64,000 nt of DNA from a virus. A program made the position numbers and the translations under genes. The DNA is taken from IMG/VR virus record IMGVR_UViG_3300045988_123515, positions 1 to 64,000 of that record. One strand, 5' to 3'. Numbering within the stretch: the stretch's first letter is position 1; every line of letters starts with the position of its first letter. Positions 34,365 through 45,084 of this stretch are shown here, piece after piece. The notes below the pieces were generated by a model, which made no database searches, had not been told where the DNA came from, and saw only the letters and a program-made list of their open reading frames with translations.

Positions 34365-34452
34365 GTTGATACTAGATGATACTGAATGATACGGATATCT
34401 TTGGTATAATGTAATGTATAAAAGCATCTACCTGATTGGTGGGTGCTTTTTT
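34365..34452 (+). promoter_or_regulatory. late cassette copy 2
   Basis: GTTGATAC-N5-GATACTGAATGATAC-N12-TATAAT (34405-34410), then stem AAGCATC/GGTGCTT plus T6. Confidence 0.6.
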
Positions 34453-34470
34453 CGTACTCAAAATGAGGTG

Positions 34471-34884
34471 ATGCAAATGCTAGATACAGTAAAAAATCCA
34501 GTATCGGATACTTTTTCTTATTGGGGGAAATCCGTTGAAAAAGTTGTTGGAAAAGGCAATTACTCAATGGATAGAAGTAAAACCTTAGCATCAAATAAAA
34601 CAGCATACGCAAGGCTTTATATGCTCGGAAATCCTACATCACGTAGCGACCTTGAGGGGAATGAATGTGCCACTACACCATCGTTTCAGGTGGATAGTTT
34701 TGCATCGGGAACAAAACCATTAACTAAGGTATACAAGATAGACGATGCAAGCCACAAAGCTATGGTTGATATGGGGTATCGTAGAACATATGGCCCGGAA
34801 TTAATGGAGAATGCTGATGGCAGTATAAAACGTGTTGTCAGCAGGTACAGCCGTGTATATGCAGGAAAATTATTAAACGAGTGA
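34471..34884 (+). CDS. tail completion / neck protein (putative)
   Basis: Start moved to ATG 34471 or 34477, after GAGGTG. Track start 34414 lies inside the leader hairpin. Confidence 0.35.
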   Translation: MQMLDTVKNPVSDTFSYWGKSVEKVVGKGNYSMDRSKTLASNKTAYARLYMLGNPTSRSDLEGNECATTPSFQVDSFASGTKPLTKVYKIDDASHKAMVDMGYRRTYGPELMENADGSIKRVVSRYSRVYAGKLLNE

Positions 34885-34925
34885 ACGCTTATGCGTTCTT
34901 TTTTTATGCTTAAAACGAAAGTGAG

Positions 34926-35228
34926 GTGAGAACTTTGGAGCAGATTTTGAATTATGTAAAACCAGAACTCCTGATTGTGGCAGTTGTGCTTTACTTCATT
35001 GGAATGGGAATCAAGAAATCTGAAACGATTTCTGACAAATACATTCCGGCAATCTTGGGTGTACTTGGAGTTTTGATTTGCGGAATATACGTTATTGCAA
35101 CATGCAGTATATCTGGTGGTCAGGAAATCGCAATGGCTATTTTTACCGCAATCACGCAGGGAATCCTTGTAGCAGGACTTAGTAATTACGTGAACCAGAT
35201 AATTAAGCAGGCAGGCAAAGAAGATTAG
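34926..35228 (+). CDS. holin (Hol44 / phage_holin_5-like)
   Basis: GTG start. LNYVKPELLIVAVVLYFIGMGIKK..DKYIPAILGVLGVL..AITQGILVAGLSNYVNQIIKQ matches the common Firmicutes phage holin family. Two to three TM segments. Confidence 0.7.
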   Translation: MRTLEQILNYVKPELLIVAVVLYFIGMGIKKSETISDKYIPAILGVLGVLICGIYVIATCSISGGQEIAMAIFTAITQGILVAGLSNYVNQIIKQAGKED

Positions 35229-35367
35229 AAAGGACGGTGATCCTTTACATCTCCCAGCACAGGGTTACGTGCAACAGTTCACTATTCACAATTATTGAAA
35301 TGGAAATGGCAGGTAAAATCCTGCCTTTTTTATTGCATAAAATTCTTTTGAAGAAAGGAGATAAATA

Positions 35368-35850
35368 ATGTCTAGACTTACAACCCTTGGGGTGACGTTT
35401 GGTTATGGAGTTGAAACAATTGCTGGAACCAAACCTACAAAATTTACACAACTTGAATTACCATCGTCCATTGGCGGTATTTCCCTTGATACAGAGCAGA
35501 TTGACGTTTCCGCTCTGGAAGATTTTATAACTCAGTATGCCGCAGGCAGACAGGATACAGGCGGTACATGGGAAGTCGAATTTATCATGGATCCAGACAA
35601 ATCTGTTAAGCAGATTAAGAAACTGTATGAAGAATCCAAAACCGCAAAAACTGGCGGTAAAGCAACATGGTTCCAGGTTAATTTCCCAGATATGACAGAT
35701 GCATTTTTTGTAATTGCAGAGTGTGGTAGGGAAATCCCGATGCCGGAAATTGGCCAGAATGAGGCTGCTACAATGTCTATTTCTCTTATCATTTCAGAGT
35801 ATAAGGGACTTGACACAAAAGTAGAGTGGACACCGGCAACAGACGTTTAA
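35368..35850 (+). CDS. major tail protein
   Basis: 160 aa, immediately before the chaperone pair and tape measure. N-terminus LTTLGVTFGYGVET. Confidence 0.7.
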   Translation: MSRLTTLGVTFGYGVETIAGTKPTKFTQLELPSSIGGISLDTEQIDVSALEDFITQYAAGRQDTGGTWEVEFIMDPDKSVKQIKKLYEESKTAKTGGKATWFQVNFPDMTDAFFVIAECGREIPMPEIGQNEAATMSISLIISEYKGLDTKVEWTPATDV

Positions 35851-35876
35851 TATCATGAATTTCAGGGAGGCTAAAC

Positions 35877-36287
35877 ATGATAACTTTAAAAGTAAATGGC
35901 AAAGATTACAAACTTGTATTTGGATACGGAGCACTGTTAAAAACAGATATTCTGGACAGAATCCAGAACTCAAACAAAGAAGGACTGAAAGGGGCAATTT
36001 CATTACTTCCAGAATTACTTCTTGTTGGTCTGCAAAAAAGACACAAAGATGAATTTGGATGGGAAACAGAATCTGAAAAAGAAGTTGCTCTTGATAAGGT
36101 ATACGACCTTCTGGATGAGTACGAAAGCGAAAGTACAGAGGATAATCCGCAGGATGGATTTATGCTTCTTCAACAAATGAATGATGAACTTGGTAAAAAT
36201 GGTTTTTTATCCAGAATCATGAAGATAGCGGAAGCAGAGAGCCAGAATGCGACCAAGATTCCGCAGGATCACAAGAAGAAATCCTAA
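35877..36287 (+). CDS. tail assembly chaperone (G-like)
   Basis: Position between the major tail protein and tape measure; acidic. Confidence 0.75.
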   Translation: MITLKVNGKDYKLVFGYGALLKTDILDRIQNSNKEGLKGAISLLPELLLVGLQKRHKDEFGWETESEKEVALDKVYDLLDEYESESTEDNPQDGFMLLQQMNDELGKNGFLSRIMKIAEAESQNATKIPQDHKKKS

Positions 36288-36694
36288 CTTTTCATGATGC
36301 TGTTTATCAGCACATTCTTCCATTGTACTTGTCTTTAGGGGTTTCAAAAGCTGAGTTTATGGATTCCACGCCATCGGAGTTGAAACCTTATTTGGATGCT
36401 GAAAAGCTACGCCAGGAACGCAAAGACGCAGAATTGTGGCAGGCAGGTATTTATACTACGTCTGCTACTTTTACAGCAGTAGCCAATGCTCTTATGGGTA
36501 AAAAGTCCAAAGCCAAGTATTATGAGAAGCCACTATTGGAACAAGCGGAAGAAAAGAAAAGAGAAGAGGATGGGATTCTTTCTGAAGAAGAAAAGAAAAA
36601 GAGAAGAAATGCACTTCTTACAAGCCTACAGCTTATGCAGGCGAACTTTGAATTGAATCATAGTGATGATGAAAAGGGCAGGCAGGATGAATAG
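36206..36694 (+). CDS. -1 frame T-extension of tail assembly chaperone (GT product)
   Basis: The slippery heptamer T_TTT_TTA at 36203-36209 is in the zero-frame register. The -1 frame is open from 36185 to the stop at 36692-36694. Track ORF 36323..36694 is its distal part. Confidence 0.7.
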   Translation, partial: FIQNHEDSGSREPECDQDSAGSQEEILTFHDAVYQHILPLYLSLGVSKAEFMDSTPSELKPYLDAEKLRQERKDAELWQAGIYTTSATFTAVANALMGKKSKAKYYEKPLLEQAEEKKREEDGILSEEEKKKRRNALLTSLQLMQANFELNHSDDEKGRQDE

Positions 36695-36734
36695 TCTTGT
36701 CTGCCCTTATTTTTGATGAAAGGAGGGAGAATAC

Positions 36735-39700
36735 ATGGCTGAAAATACCATTGATACCCTTGAACTACAAATTAGTAGTACAGCGGATGCGGCAGTCAAA
36801 TCCATTAATAATATGTCCAGGGCATTGCAGAGTGTAAACAATACCATTACTGGTTTGAATTCTCATGGCTTACGTAGCTACGCAAAAGGTATTGGACAAG
36901 TTACCGCAGCTATTCAATCCCTTAATTCTGTAAATACCGGAAACATTGCCAAAGCGGTAACACAGCTTAAAGCACTAAGCAATATAGATTTTAGTAAATT
37001 TGAAAATAAGAAACTGAAAATAGATGTTGAGATTTCTGGTGGTGATGCTGCAAAGAAAATGCAGTATGCCATTGAAAAATCTCTTGACCAAACCAAAATC
37101 GACACATCCAAAATTTCTGCACAGCTGATTAACGCTTTTGACTTAAAAGGTGGTGCTGCTTCCAGATTGAGAAAGCAGATGGAAACGCTGGCAGAACAGC
37201 TTACAGCTTCTTTTGATGGAAAATCGTCTTTTAATTCTGGCGAATGGGGAAAAACCTTAGACCAGATTGGAAATGATATTGTTAAAAGCGGTAAAACTGC
37301 AAGAAGTGAGTTGGGTAGTTATTTGGCAGGAGCGGAGCAGGAATGGATTGATTTTTATGATTTCTTCAAGAATAAGAAAATCTACGTTTCTGATATGCTT
37401 AAAAACGATGTCGGAAAGGGTGAATATCAGGATATTTTAAAGAACAATCTTGGTAATATCACAGTAGACCCACTTAAAGGAATTAATCTGGATAAATCAT
37501 GGAGTGAACTTGCTGATAAATTCCCAACCCTGATTTCACAAGACACAATTAATCAGGCAGATCAGCTTATTACAGTTCTTGAAACTTTAAAAAAAGTAAG
37601 AGATCAGATTAAGCCTATCAGCATTCAGGATTTATCCGGGGATGATTTATCATCTGCACAAAGCAAAGTATTTAGTCAGGTATCCGATACTGCAAGCCAG
37701 ATAGGTACAAATATTGCCAAAAACATTCAGGATGCAGCAAAAACAGCAGATGGTCAATTTCCAATTGATATTAAAATCAATCAAGATAAGATTGTGCATG
37801 ATATTAAAAGTGCGATCAGTAAAGCATCTTCAATTACTTATGACCCCGTAAAAGTAACCCTTGATGTCGATACGAAAGAAATTAAGGATTCGATCAGTCA
37901 AAAGTTAAACAGCATTGATGCAGGGCAACTTCCACAAGTATCAGATGGACTTGAAAAAATTAAAAACGCTTTGCAGTCAATGGCTGGATTGGATTTAAAG
38001 AGCACTGGAATCAATTCCACAATCAATGCTTTACAGAGGCTTGCCAGCACTGATTTGACGAATTTTGATACTGCTAAGATATCTGGTATTTCTGATGCTT
38101 TATCAAAATTTGCAAATATACCCGACATTTCATTAAGCGTAAATCGTTTAGTTTCCTCTTTGGCTAAATTATCTGCATCTGGTGGAAGCATCGGAACCGT
38201 AACATCTACTCTTCCTGTACTAGGCGATGCAGTCAGTAAGTTTGTGGCTAATGCATCAAATGCCGGAGCAGTTTCTGGACAATTAAATACATTTATTGCA
38301 TCGTTGGCCAAATTAGCAACTGCCGGAAATAAGACTGGGCAAACAGCATCTCAGTTAGATTCCTTGTCGCAAGCAACATTGAATTTCTTCAACGTGATGA
38401 AAAATGCGCCTGAAATAAGTGCGAATACATTACGAATGACAGAAGCACTTGCACAACTGGCAAATTCGGGAAGTAAAGCGAATACAGCTACTAATATGGT
38501 TGCAAGCGGATTTAACCGATTATCTAGTGCAGGCAGAGGAATTACCGGTATTGGCAGTAAAATTGCTTCTGCGGTTTCCGGAGCAAGTAATTCATTGCTT
38601 AGTTATGGTAATACTGCGACAGGCACAGCAAAGAAAACAGGTAATCTGGTATCACGGCTTACCAGTCTTTATATAAAATTTTTTACGCTTAGTCGAATTA
38701 TAAAATCTGTTTGGAAATCCGTTTCGTCTGCATCTGATTATGTTGAAACACTCAATTACTTCAACAGTGCTTTTGACCAAGTGACCGATGGCTTGGACAC
38801 AAGCGGATGGGAAGATGCAGGAGCAAAATCAGCAGAGGAATATGTAGGCTCTTTTGAGAAACGTGCAAAAGAATTAACAAAAAAGCTCACCGGATTTGAA
38901 GTATCCGACGCAGGTGATCTAATGCGTTCTCAAAGCGGTAGCCTTGGCTTAAACCCTAATGATACGATGAATTATCAAGCCACATACGCACAGATGGCAT
39001 CTTCCATGGGAGCCACTGCCGATAATGCCACAAAACTTTCACAGGTATTAACTGAGATTGGTGGTGACCTTGCGTCTGTAAAGAATCTTGACTTTAACGA
39101 TGTATGGCAAGACATGGCATCCGGTATTGTGGGCATGAGCCGGGCATTGGATAAATACGGAATTAATATCCGTGTCGCAAACTTGCAGCAGGAACTTTAC
39201 AATCTTGGAATTGATACAACTGTAGCAAAATTGAATCAGTCAGACAAGGCTATTTTAAGAACCATTGTAATCCTCAATAGTTCAAAATACGCCTGGGCGG
39301 ACTTAGCTGAAACGATAAATCAGCCCGCTAATCAAGTCCGTATGCTCAAATCAAATTTTGAAGCACTGGCACGCTCAATTGGTACACTATTATTGCCTAT
39401 TGTTGCAAAAGTGTTGCCATATTTGAACGGAATTACAATTGCAGTAGAACGAGTATTTTCTGGGATTGCAAGACTTTTAGGAATCAAACTTTCAGACTAT
39501 GTATCATCCACAAAAAGTGCATCTATAGACATGGATTCCATGGCAGATGCATCTGATAATGCGGCTTCTGGGCTTGGAAATGCAGACAAAAACGCAAAGA
39601 AATTAAAGAAGTCTCTGTCTGTCTTACCATTTGACGAACTGAATCAGCTGAATAGCGATAAAGATTCTAGTGGTAGTTCTTCATCTGGTTCCGGTGGTGC

Positions 39701-42700
39701 AACACCACATATTCCGGCACTTGATGATGCACTTGCCGATGCTATTTCAAACTATCAAAAGGTTTGGGATGAAGCATTTGGGGGTATGGAGAATAAGGCT
39801 CAACAGGTTGCCAATAAAATTACTGATGCTTTTGAAAAAATCAGAAAAGCAGCAAAACCTACAACCAATGCAATCAAAAAATTATGGAATGAGGGGCTTA
39901 GTAAGCTCGGTAATTTTTCTATTAATGCATTGAAAAATCTTTGGAAAAATTACTTAAAGCCAATGGGTAACTGGGTGCTTTCTGACAATTCAGGGCTTCC
40001 AAGATTCTTTAAAATTACTAACGACATCCTCAATAAAATCAATTGGTCAAAGCTTCAAACTGTTCTGAAAAATTTCTTTGAAATGCTTCAAAAACCAACG
40101 AAATTTGTCTGGACAGGACTTATGGATTTTTATGAAAATTTCTTAAAACCCATTTCTGCTTGGACAATGAATGAAGCTATTCCAAGACTTGTTGACGCAC
40201 TCACACGATTTGGAAACGCTATTCACTGGGATGAACTGAATGCAGCACTTTCAGATTTTTGGAGTGCGCTGGCACCGTTCGCTCAAAACGTAGGTGAGGG
40301 GCTTGTATCATTCTTTGAAAATCTTCTTAAAATAGGAGCGGATTTCATTAATGATAAGGTTCCGAATGGCTTAAAATCCATTTCCGAAGCGTTAAAGAAT
40401 ATTGATCCAGAAACAGCCAAACAAATCGGTGTAGGGCTTGTAAAAGTAGCTGTTGCAATCGCAGGATTTAAAGGCCTGACGTTTATCGGTAGCATAATTG
40501 GAAAAGATAGTCCTTTAGCAAAAGGTTTAGCATTACTATCTGGGCATCCGTATATCGCTATCGCATTTGGGTTGGCAGGTGTTGTGGCGGCATTGGATAA
40601 TTTTGGCATCATAGACGTTGATTGGGAGTGGCTTTCCGGAGAAATTGGCAAGGTCAAAGATGCTATTTCCAATTTTATTGATAAAGTTGATTGGGATGCA
40701 ATCGGTACATCAATCGGTAAATTTGCAGATGCATTTGCACCGTTTGCAGCAGGTTTTGCAGATAGTTTAATTGCTGGATTACAAGGGCTTCTTGATTTAG
40801 GTGCAGACCTCTTAAATGCAATCGGTAATGCAATTGGATGGCTGGGTGATGCCCTCGGAAAAGTTGATCCAGAAATACTTCAAAAGTTAGGAAATGCGCT
40901 TGGTGTATTCGTGGAAGTCAAATTGACTTTTGCTATCGTCAGCAAATTAACAGGGTTAGCTGGAGCAATTGTGACTTTTGGAAATTCTTTGGGAAACGGA
41001 AAAGTTGCTACCAATACTTCCACATTCGCAAAAACATTAACGCTTTTAAAGGGAGCAATTACTGGTTTGGCAGTTGGCATGGCTTTGACAGAAGAAACAG
41101 TGGGCGAAGCAAAGGATGCGGAAGGCTATGGACAGGACATGGAAAAAGGTTTTTCCTATTTGAGTGCAGCTGTGGAAGACCTTGGAGTAAAAGCAGGTGT
41201 TTCTGATGGACAAATGCAGCAATTGAATAGTCAACTTCAAAGTATGAAAGACCAAGGACTTATATACGATCCCTCCGCACTCCAAAATTTTGCAGATAAA
41301 TTATATGATGCAGGAATTAAAGCGGGAGATTTAAAAGATTCTGCTTTGAATACATCAGAAGTAGTTGACCAGTTGCGAATTAGCCTTGGAGATTCTGAAA
41401 AAGCAGCTAACTTTGTAGGGAAAAATGGATTCACGTATTTATCTGGTGCGTTAAATTTAATGTATCAAAAAGGTAAAATAAGTCTTGACCAGTACAAACA
41501 ATTGAATGAGTATCTAAACACAGAAGATGGTGCTAAAACTGCTGCCGAGAAATATAGGACGCTCTCTGATAAAATTTCAAAAATGGGAATAAATTCAGAT
41601 GAACTCTACAATAATATGCCAAGTACCATCGAGTCCGCACTCAATCTTGCTCAAACAAGTATTGACAATTTTAATGTATCTCCTGTAGTTGAAGGATTGC
41701 AATCGCTTACATCTGAGGCACAAAAAGTAGAATTTGCAAATCTTATAACGCAATCATCAAATGCCATTGACGGCATGGGCGGCATCTGGAAAAATGGAAA
41801 ACAAATCCTGGGTACTGATGCACTTGCTATACACAATGCCATTCAGGCCGGACTAGAGCCGGATAAAGATGGTTATTATGACCTTGGAAACGGTCAGATG
41901 GTACAATACGGTAAATCAATCAAGGACAATAAAGAACCAATCAAATCCACATTAGACGATACCTTGAAGTCAATACTTACAGACAAAGATCTGATGGGAG
42001 AGGGCTACAATCTTATGTATGATATATCCGGATATCATATTGACGGATATGTAGAAGGCATGGCAGGATTAGGATATAAAGAGGTTAAGAAAGCTTATGA
42101 AGCTGCCTTTAACATAGATCAAAATGTTAAAGATAACACCAAAAAAGATGGAGAATCACTCGCTCGAAATACCGTTGCAGGATATAACGATTATTTGAAA
42201 AAGGATGGAGTGACAAATACTTCTCTTGTTACAGAGCAGTGGGCTAAGCAAGGAATCACTGATCCGGCAGAAAACAAGCTGGAGATTCATTCTCCATCCA
42301 AACTTTTTGCCCGATATGCAGAATATGTCGAAAAAGGCTACTCTGATAAAATCAAGAGCCTTGCGACAATAACTGCTGCATCCATGAATACTTGGATTTT
42401 ACAGGGAATCCAGACACCAATAATTAGTAAACTGAGGATTGAAAAAGGTAGTTCCGGTCTGGCAAGTGATTATGGCACAGCTTTTGGAAAAGGGTTATCT
42501 TCTGGTATACTTGAAACCAAAGATAAAAATGAATCCGCTGTCGGCACAGTTCTCTCCGCATTGAAAACCAAGCTGAACACCTACAATACCTCATTTGAGA
42601 ATATTGGTGGAAAGTACATGAGAAAGCTTAATTCAGGAATCAATTCTGAAAAGAATGATCTTGAAAACAATGTAAAAAACATTACAGGAAGCGTTAAAAG

Positions 42701-43202
42701 TGCATTTGGTTCTATCCAAGATTCAATGTGGTCATATGGCCATAACGCAATCCAGAATTTTGCCAACGGTATCCAATCAGTGCATATCAACCTTCCACAC
42801 CTTAAAATGGATTATACTGATTGGCAGGATGGCGACAACCATAGATGGCGCTGGAACTCTTCTGTAGATTGGTATGCTAAAGGCGGTCTGTTTAATGGCG
42901 CACAAGTAATTGGTGTTGGTGAAGCCGGACGAGAAGCTGTTCTTCCTCTGGAAAACCGCCGTACCATGAACATGATTGCAGATAGCATTGTATCCAGTTC
43001 AGACAATACAATGGGATTGACCAAAGAAGAAATGGCACAAGCTGTAGCCCAAGGAGTTGCCATGGCAATGATGAACAACTCTGGAAATAACCCGAAATAT
43101 ATCATGAACAGTATAAATGTCAATGGACGAGAGATTATGAAAGCAGTGACCGAAGCTGAAAACGATGCTAATTATCGTTTGAATCCGTCACCAGCTTATT
43201 GA
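36735..43202 (+). CDS. tail tape measure protein
   Basis: 2155 aa, helical and repetitive, positioned after the chaperones. Confidence 0.9.
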   Translation: MAENTIDTLELQISSTADAAVKSINNMSRALQSVNNTITGLNSHGLRSYAKGIGQVTAAIQSLNSVNTGNIAKAVTQLKALSNIDFSKFENKKLKIDVEISGGDAAKKMQYAIEKSLDQTKIDTSKISAQLINAFDLKGGAASRLRKQMETLAEQLTASFDGKSSFNSGEWGKTLDQIGNDIVKSGKTARSELGSYLAGAEQEWIDFYDFFKNKKIYVSDMLKNDVGKGEYQDILKNNLGNITVDPLKGINLDKSWSELADKFPTLISQDTINQADQLITVLETLKKVRDQIKPISIQDLSGDDLSSAQSKVFSQVSDTASQIGTNIAKNIQDAAKTADGQFPIDIKINQDKIVHDIKSAISKASSITYDPVKVTLDVDTKEIKDSISQKLNSIDAGQLPQVSDGLEKIKNALQSMAGLDLKSTGINSTINALQRLASTDLTNFDTAKISGISDALSKFANIPDISLSVNRLVSSLAKLSASGGSIGTVTSTLPVLGDAVSKFVANASNAGAVSGQLNTFIASLAKLATAGNKTGQTASQLDSLSQATLNFFNVMKNAPEISANTLRMTEALAQLANSGSKANTATNMVASGFNRLSSAGRGITGIGSKIASAVSGASNSLLSYGNTATGTAKKTGNLVSRLTSLYIKFFTLSRIIKSVWKSVSSASDYVETLNYFNSAFDQVTDGLDTSGWEDAGAKSAEEYVGSFEKRAKELTKKLTGFEVSDAGDLMRSQSGSLGLNPNDTMNYQATYAQMASSMGATADNATKLSQVLTEIGGDLASVKNLDFNDVWQDMASGIVGMSRALDKYGINIRVANLQQELYNLGIDTTVAKLNQSDKAILRTIVILNSSKYAWADLAETINQPANQVRMLKSNFEALARSIGTLLLPIVAKVLPYLNGITIAVERVFSGIARLLGIKLSDYVSSTKSASIDMDSMADASDNAASGLGNADKNAKKLKKSLSVLPFDELNQLNSDKDSSGSSSSGSGGATPHIPALDDALADAISNYQKVWDEAFGGMENKAQQVANKITDAFEKIRKAAKPTTNAIKKLWNEGLSKLGNFSINALKNLWKNYLKPMGNWVLSDNSGLPRFFKITNDILNKINWSKLQTVLKNFFEMLQKPTKFVWTGLMDFYENFLKPISAWTMNEAIPRLVDALTRFGNAIHWDELNAALSDFWSALAPFAQNVGEGLVSFFENLLKIGADFINDKVPNGLKSISEALKNIDPETAKQIGVGLVKVAVAIAGFKGLTFIGSIIGKDSPLAKGLALLSGHPYIAIAFGLAGVVAALDNFGIIDVDWEWLSGEIGKVKDAISNFIDKVDWDAIGTSIGKFADAFAPFAAGFADSLIAGLQGLLDLGADLLNAIGNAIGWLGDALGKVDPEILQKLGNALGVFVEVKLTFAIVSKLTGLAGAIVTFGNSLGNGKVATNTSTFAKTLTLLKGAITGLAVGMALTEETVGEAKDAEGYGQDMEKGFSYLSAAVEDLGVKAGVSDGQMQQLNSQLQSMKDQGLIYDPSALQNFADKLYDAGIKAGDLKDSALNTSEVVDQLRISLGDSEKAANFVGKNGFTYLSGALNLMYQKGKISLDQYKQLNEYLNTEDGAKTAAEKYRTLSDKISKMGINSDELYNNMPSTIESALNLAQTSIDNFNVSPVVEGLQSLTSEAQKVEFANLITQSSNAIDGMGGIWKNGKQILGTDALAIHNAIQAGLEPDKDGYYDLGNGQMVQYGKSIKDNKEPIKSTLDDTLKSILTDKDLMGEGYNLMYDISGYHIDGYVEGMAGLGYKEVKKAYEAAFNIDQNVKDNTKKDGESLARNTVAGYNDYLKKDGVTNTSLVTEQWAKQGITDPAENKLEIHSPSKLFARYAEYVEKGYSDKIKSLATITAASMNTWILQGIQTPIISKLRIEKGSSGLASDYGTAFGKGLSSGILETKDKNESAVGTVLSALKTKLNTYNTSFENIGGKYMRKLNSGINSEKNDLENNVKNITGSVKSAFGSIQDSMWSYGHNAIQNFANGIQSVHINLPHLKMDYTDWQDGDNHRWRWNSSVDWYAKGGLFNGAQVIGVGEAGREAVLPLENRRTMNMIADSIVSSSDNTMGLTKEEMAQAVAQGVAMAMMNNSGNNPKYIMNSINVNGREIMKAVTEAENDANYRLNPSPAY

Positions 43203-43472
43203 TTTTCTCGTAACCGTGTGTTATTATATTAGCATATAAGAGGAGACACGGTTTGAAGTTTTGAGCCGCTGAGAAACTTAATATTTCTCTATTTGAGGAA
43301 TTTTTTGTTTACTTGGCGGCTCTTTTTATTTAACCGTTAATTTTGGTAAAACCAGTGGGATAGGGTAGCTCCCGAAAAGCGTAAACCTTGATACGCCTGT
43401 CCACTGTTTTTATAAATCAAGGATTCTGGCATATTACGGAGACGCCAACGACCAACAAGGAGGTTATCTATT

Positions 43473-44549
43473 ATGAGAAAAGAACAGTCTATTTCCGAAA
43501 AAAGAGAACGAGATTTCACGGGTGTTTTTATACCTTCACGATTATATCTTACGAATAAATTCAGCCCTAGAGAAAAATTTTTATTAGTAGAAATATATAG
43601 TCTTCGCAAGAAAGATAAAAATGGAGATTGTTTTGCAAGTAATCGGCATTTCGCGGATTTTATTGGTGTATCTGAGCGTACTGTCCAGTCAATGCTTAAT
43701 GGATTAAAAACAGAGGGATATGTAGAAGCATGGTATGAATATGAAAAAGAGAACCCGAAAGTTATTCATTGTAGACACCTTGTTTTGACAGAAAAATTTT
43801 ATGAAGAATTTATTAATGAACATGAGATAAAACAATCTTCTGAACAAGGTGAGAAAAAACACATGGGGGACGGTGAGGAAAAACGCACCTCCCGTGGTGA
43901 GGAAATCTGCATGTATAAGTATAACAAGAGAATAAGTATAACAGAAGAAAAGAATACAGATAAAAACTGTATTTTATCAAATACAGAAAAAGAGACTTTA
44001 CCAAGTGCTGGTAAAGACAATCAGACTTCTGCTCCTAATAATTATAATAAATTAAATATATATAATATACCCCCTAGAACAAAGGAGCAGAAAGCCAACC
44101 GTTATAATACCAGGAACCAATCATCCCTCTTTGATTATAAAGACGAGGATGTTGAGAATTTGGTAACCGAGATATACGAAAGTATTTACGGAGCCAAGGA
44201 GAATATTTTTGAAGACCACGACATTTGCCTGTCCATATTTTTGATTACAGAGTTTTTTAAGAAATATCAAAAGTACCGTGAAGAGAAACATCCGATGGTT
44301 ACGCAAAATCAAGCAGAAAATATTCTGAAAATGATTCGTAACCCAGATACAGACATGGCGAAAGATGATTTGGTGGACGATAAAGAAGAACCGCTGGTTT
44401 ATCTTGAAATGATGGAAGAACACTTTAAAACCAAGTGGGGGAAGAAAAATGGTGGTGATTTCAATTATCGTATTATGCTGTTTTTTAAGGATACCACGCA
44501 GAACCTGTTGTACCAAAGAGTGAAACATAAAAGGGAGGACGCACTATGA
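43473..44549 (+). CDS. wHTH (HTH_36-type) replication-initiator-like protein
   Basis: FIPSRLYLTNKFSPREKFLLVEIYSL..CFASNRHFADFIGVSERTVQSMLNGLKTEGYVE. Confidence 0.55.
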   Translation: MRKEQSISEKRERDFTGVFIPSRLYLTNKFSPREKFLLVEIYSLRKKDKNGDCFASNRHFADFIGVSERTVQSMLNGLKTEGYVEAWYEYEKENPKVIHCRHLVLTEKFYEEFINEHEIKQSSEQGEKKHMGDGEEKRTSRGEEICMYKYNKRISITEEKNTDKNCILSNTEKETLPSAGKDNQTSAPNNYNKLNIYNIPPRTKEQKANRYNTRNQSSLFDYKDEDVENLVTEIYESIYGAKENIFEDHDICLSIFLITEFFKKYQKYREEKHPMVTQNQAENILKMIRNPDTDMAKDDLVDDKEEPLVYLEMMEEHFKTKWGKKNGGDFNYRIMLFFKDTTQNLLYQRVKHKREDAL

Positions 44550-44687
44550 GGTATACGAGGGCAAGTAACAGACATAATAAAACGCTGAAATTTGATTTAA
44601 AATTTGCCACTTGATAAAATATAGGCACAGCCCAGAAAAACCGATTCTAGGCGAAAAATCATAAGCAATTGATGGAGAAGTGAACAA

Positions 44688-45020
44688 ATGAGTAGAGTAG
44701 GTAGAGAACTTCCGGCAGAATATTCTGATCGGTTTGACGAATTACGTCAAAACAGAGTAGAAATTAGTTATTACAAGTACGGTACTGCCAGAGATAACTT
44801 TGGTGAAAAGTTAGTAAATGCTCTGGAAACGCATGATATGTGCATAAAAAAATATCAGGAAACTGGAAACACCGAATATTTATGTGATGCTGCTAATTAC
44901 CTGATGTTTGAGTTTATGTACCCACAAAAGCATGGAGCATATTTTAAAGCTACCGACAGTGGGGGAAGTGCAGGTGTTGCCGGTACGCCAATAAATCAAT
45001 TGAGAGAAAAATGGTACTAA
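44688..45020 (+). CDS. hypothetical protein (possibly all-alpha NTP-pyrophosphohydrolase-like)
   Basis: Only a weak resemblance (GNTEYLCDAANYLMFEF). Confidence 0.3.
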   Translation: MSRVGRELPAEYSDRFDELRQNRVEISYYKYGTARDNFGEKLVNALETHDMCIKKYQETGNTEYLCDAANYLMFEFMYPQKHGAYFKATDSGGSAGVAGTPINQLREKWY

Positions 45021-45084
45021 AGTATTCCCTTAAATATCCTAATGTGGTACAATATATTTACCAATTTCAAGGGAGGAAAGGGAT

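Noticed and set aside
34007-34612. 201-aa antisense ORF across 33848..34363 and late cassette 2
   Set aside because: It crosses an intergenic regulatory cassette and opposes the uniformly + strand late operon. I treat it as a shadow ORF.
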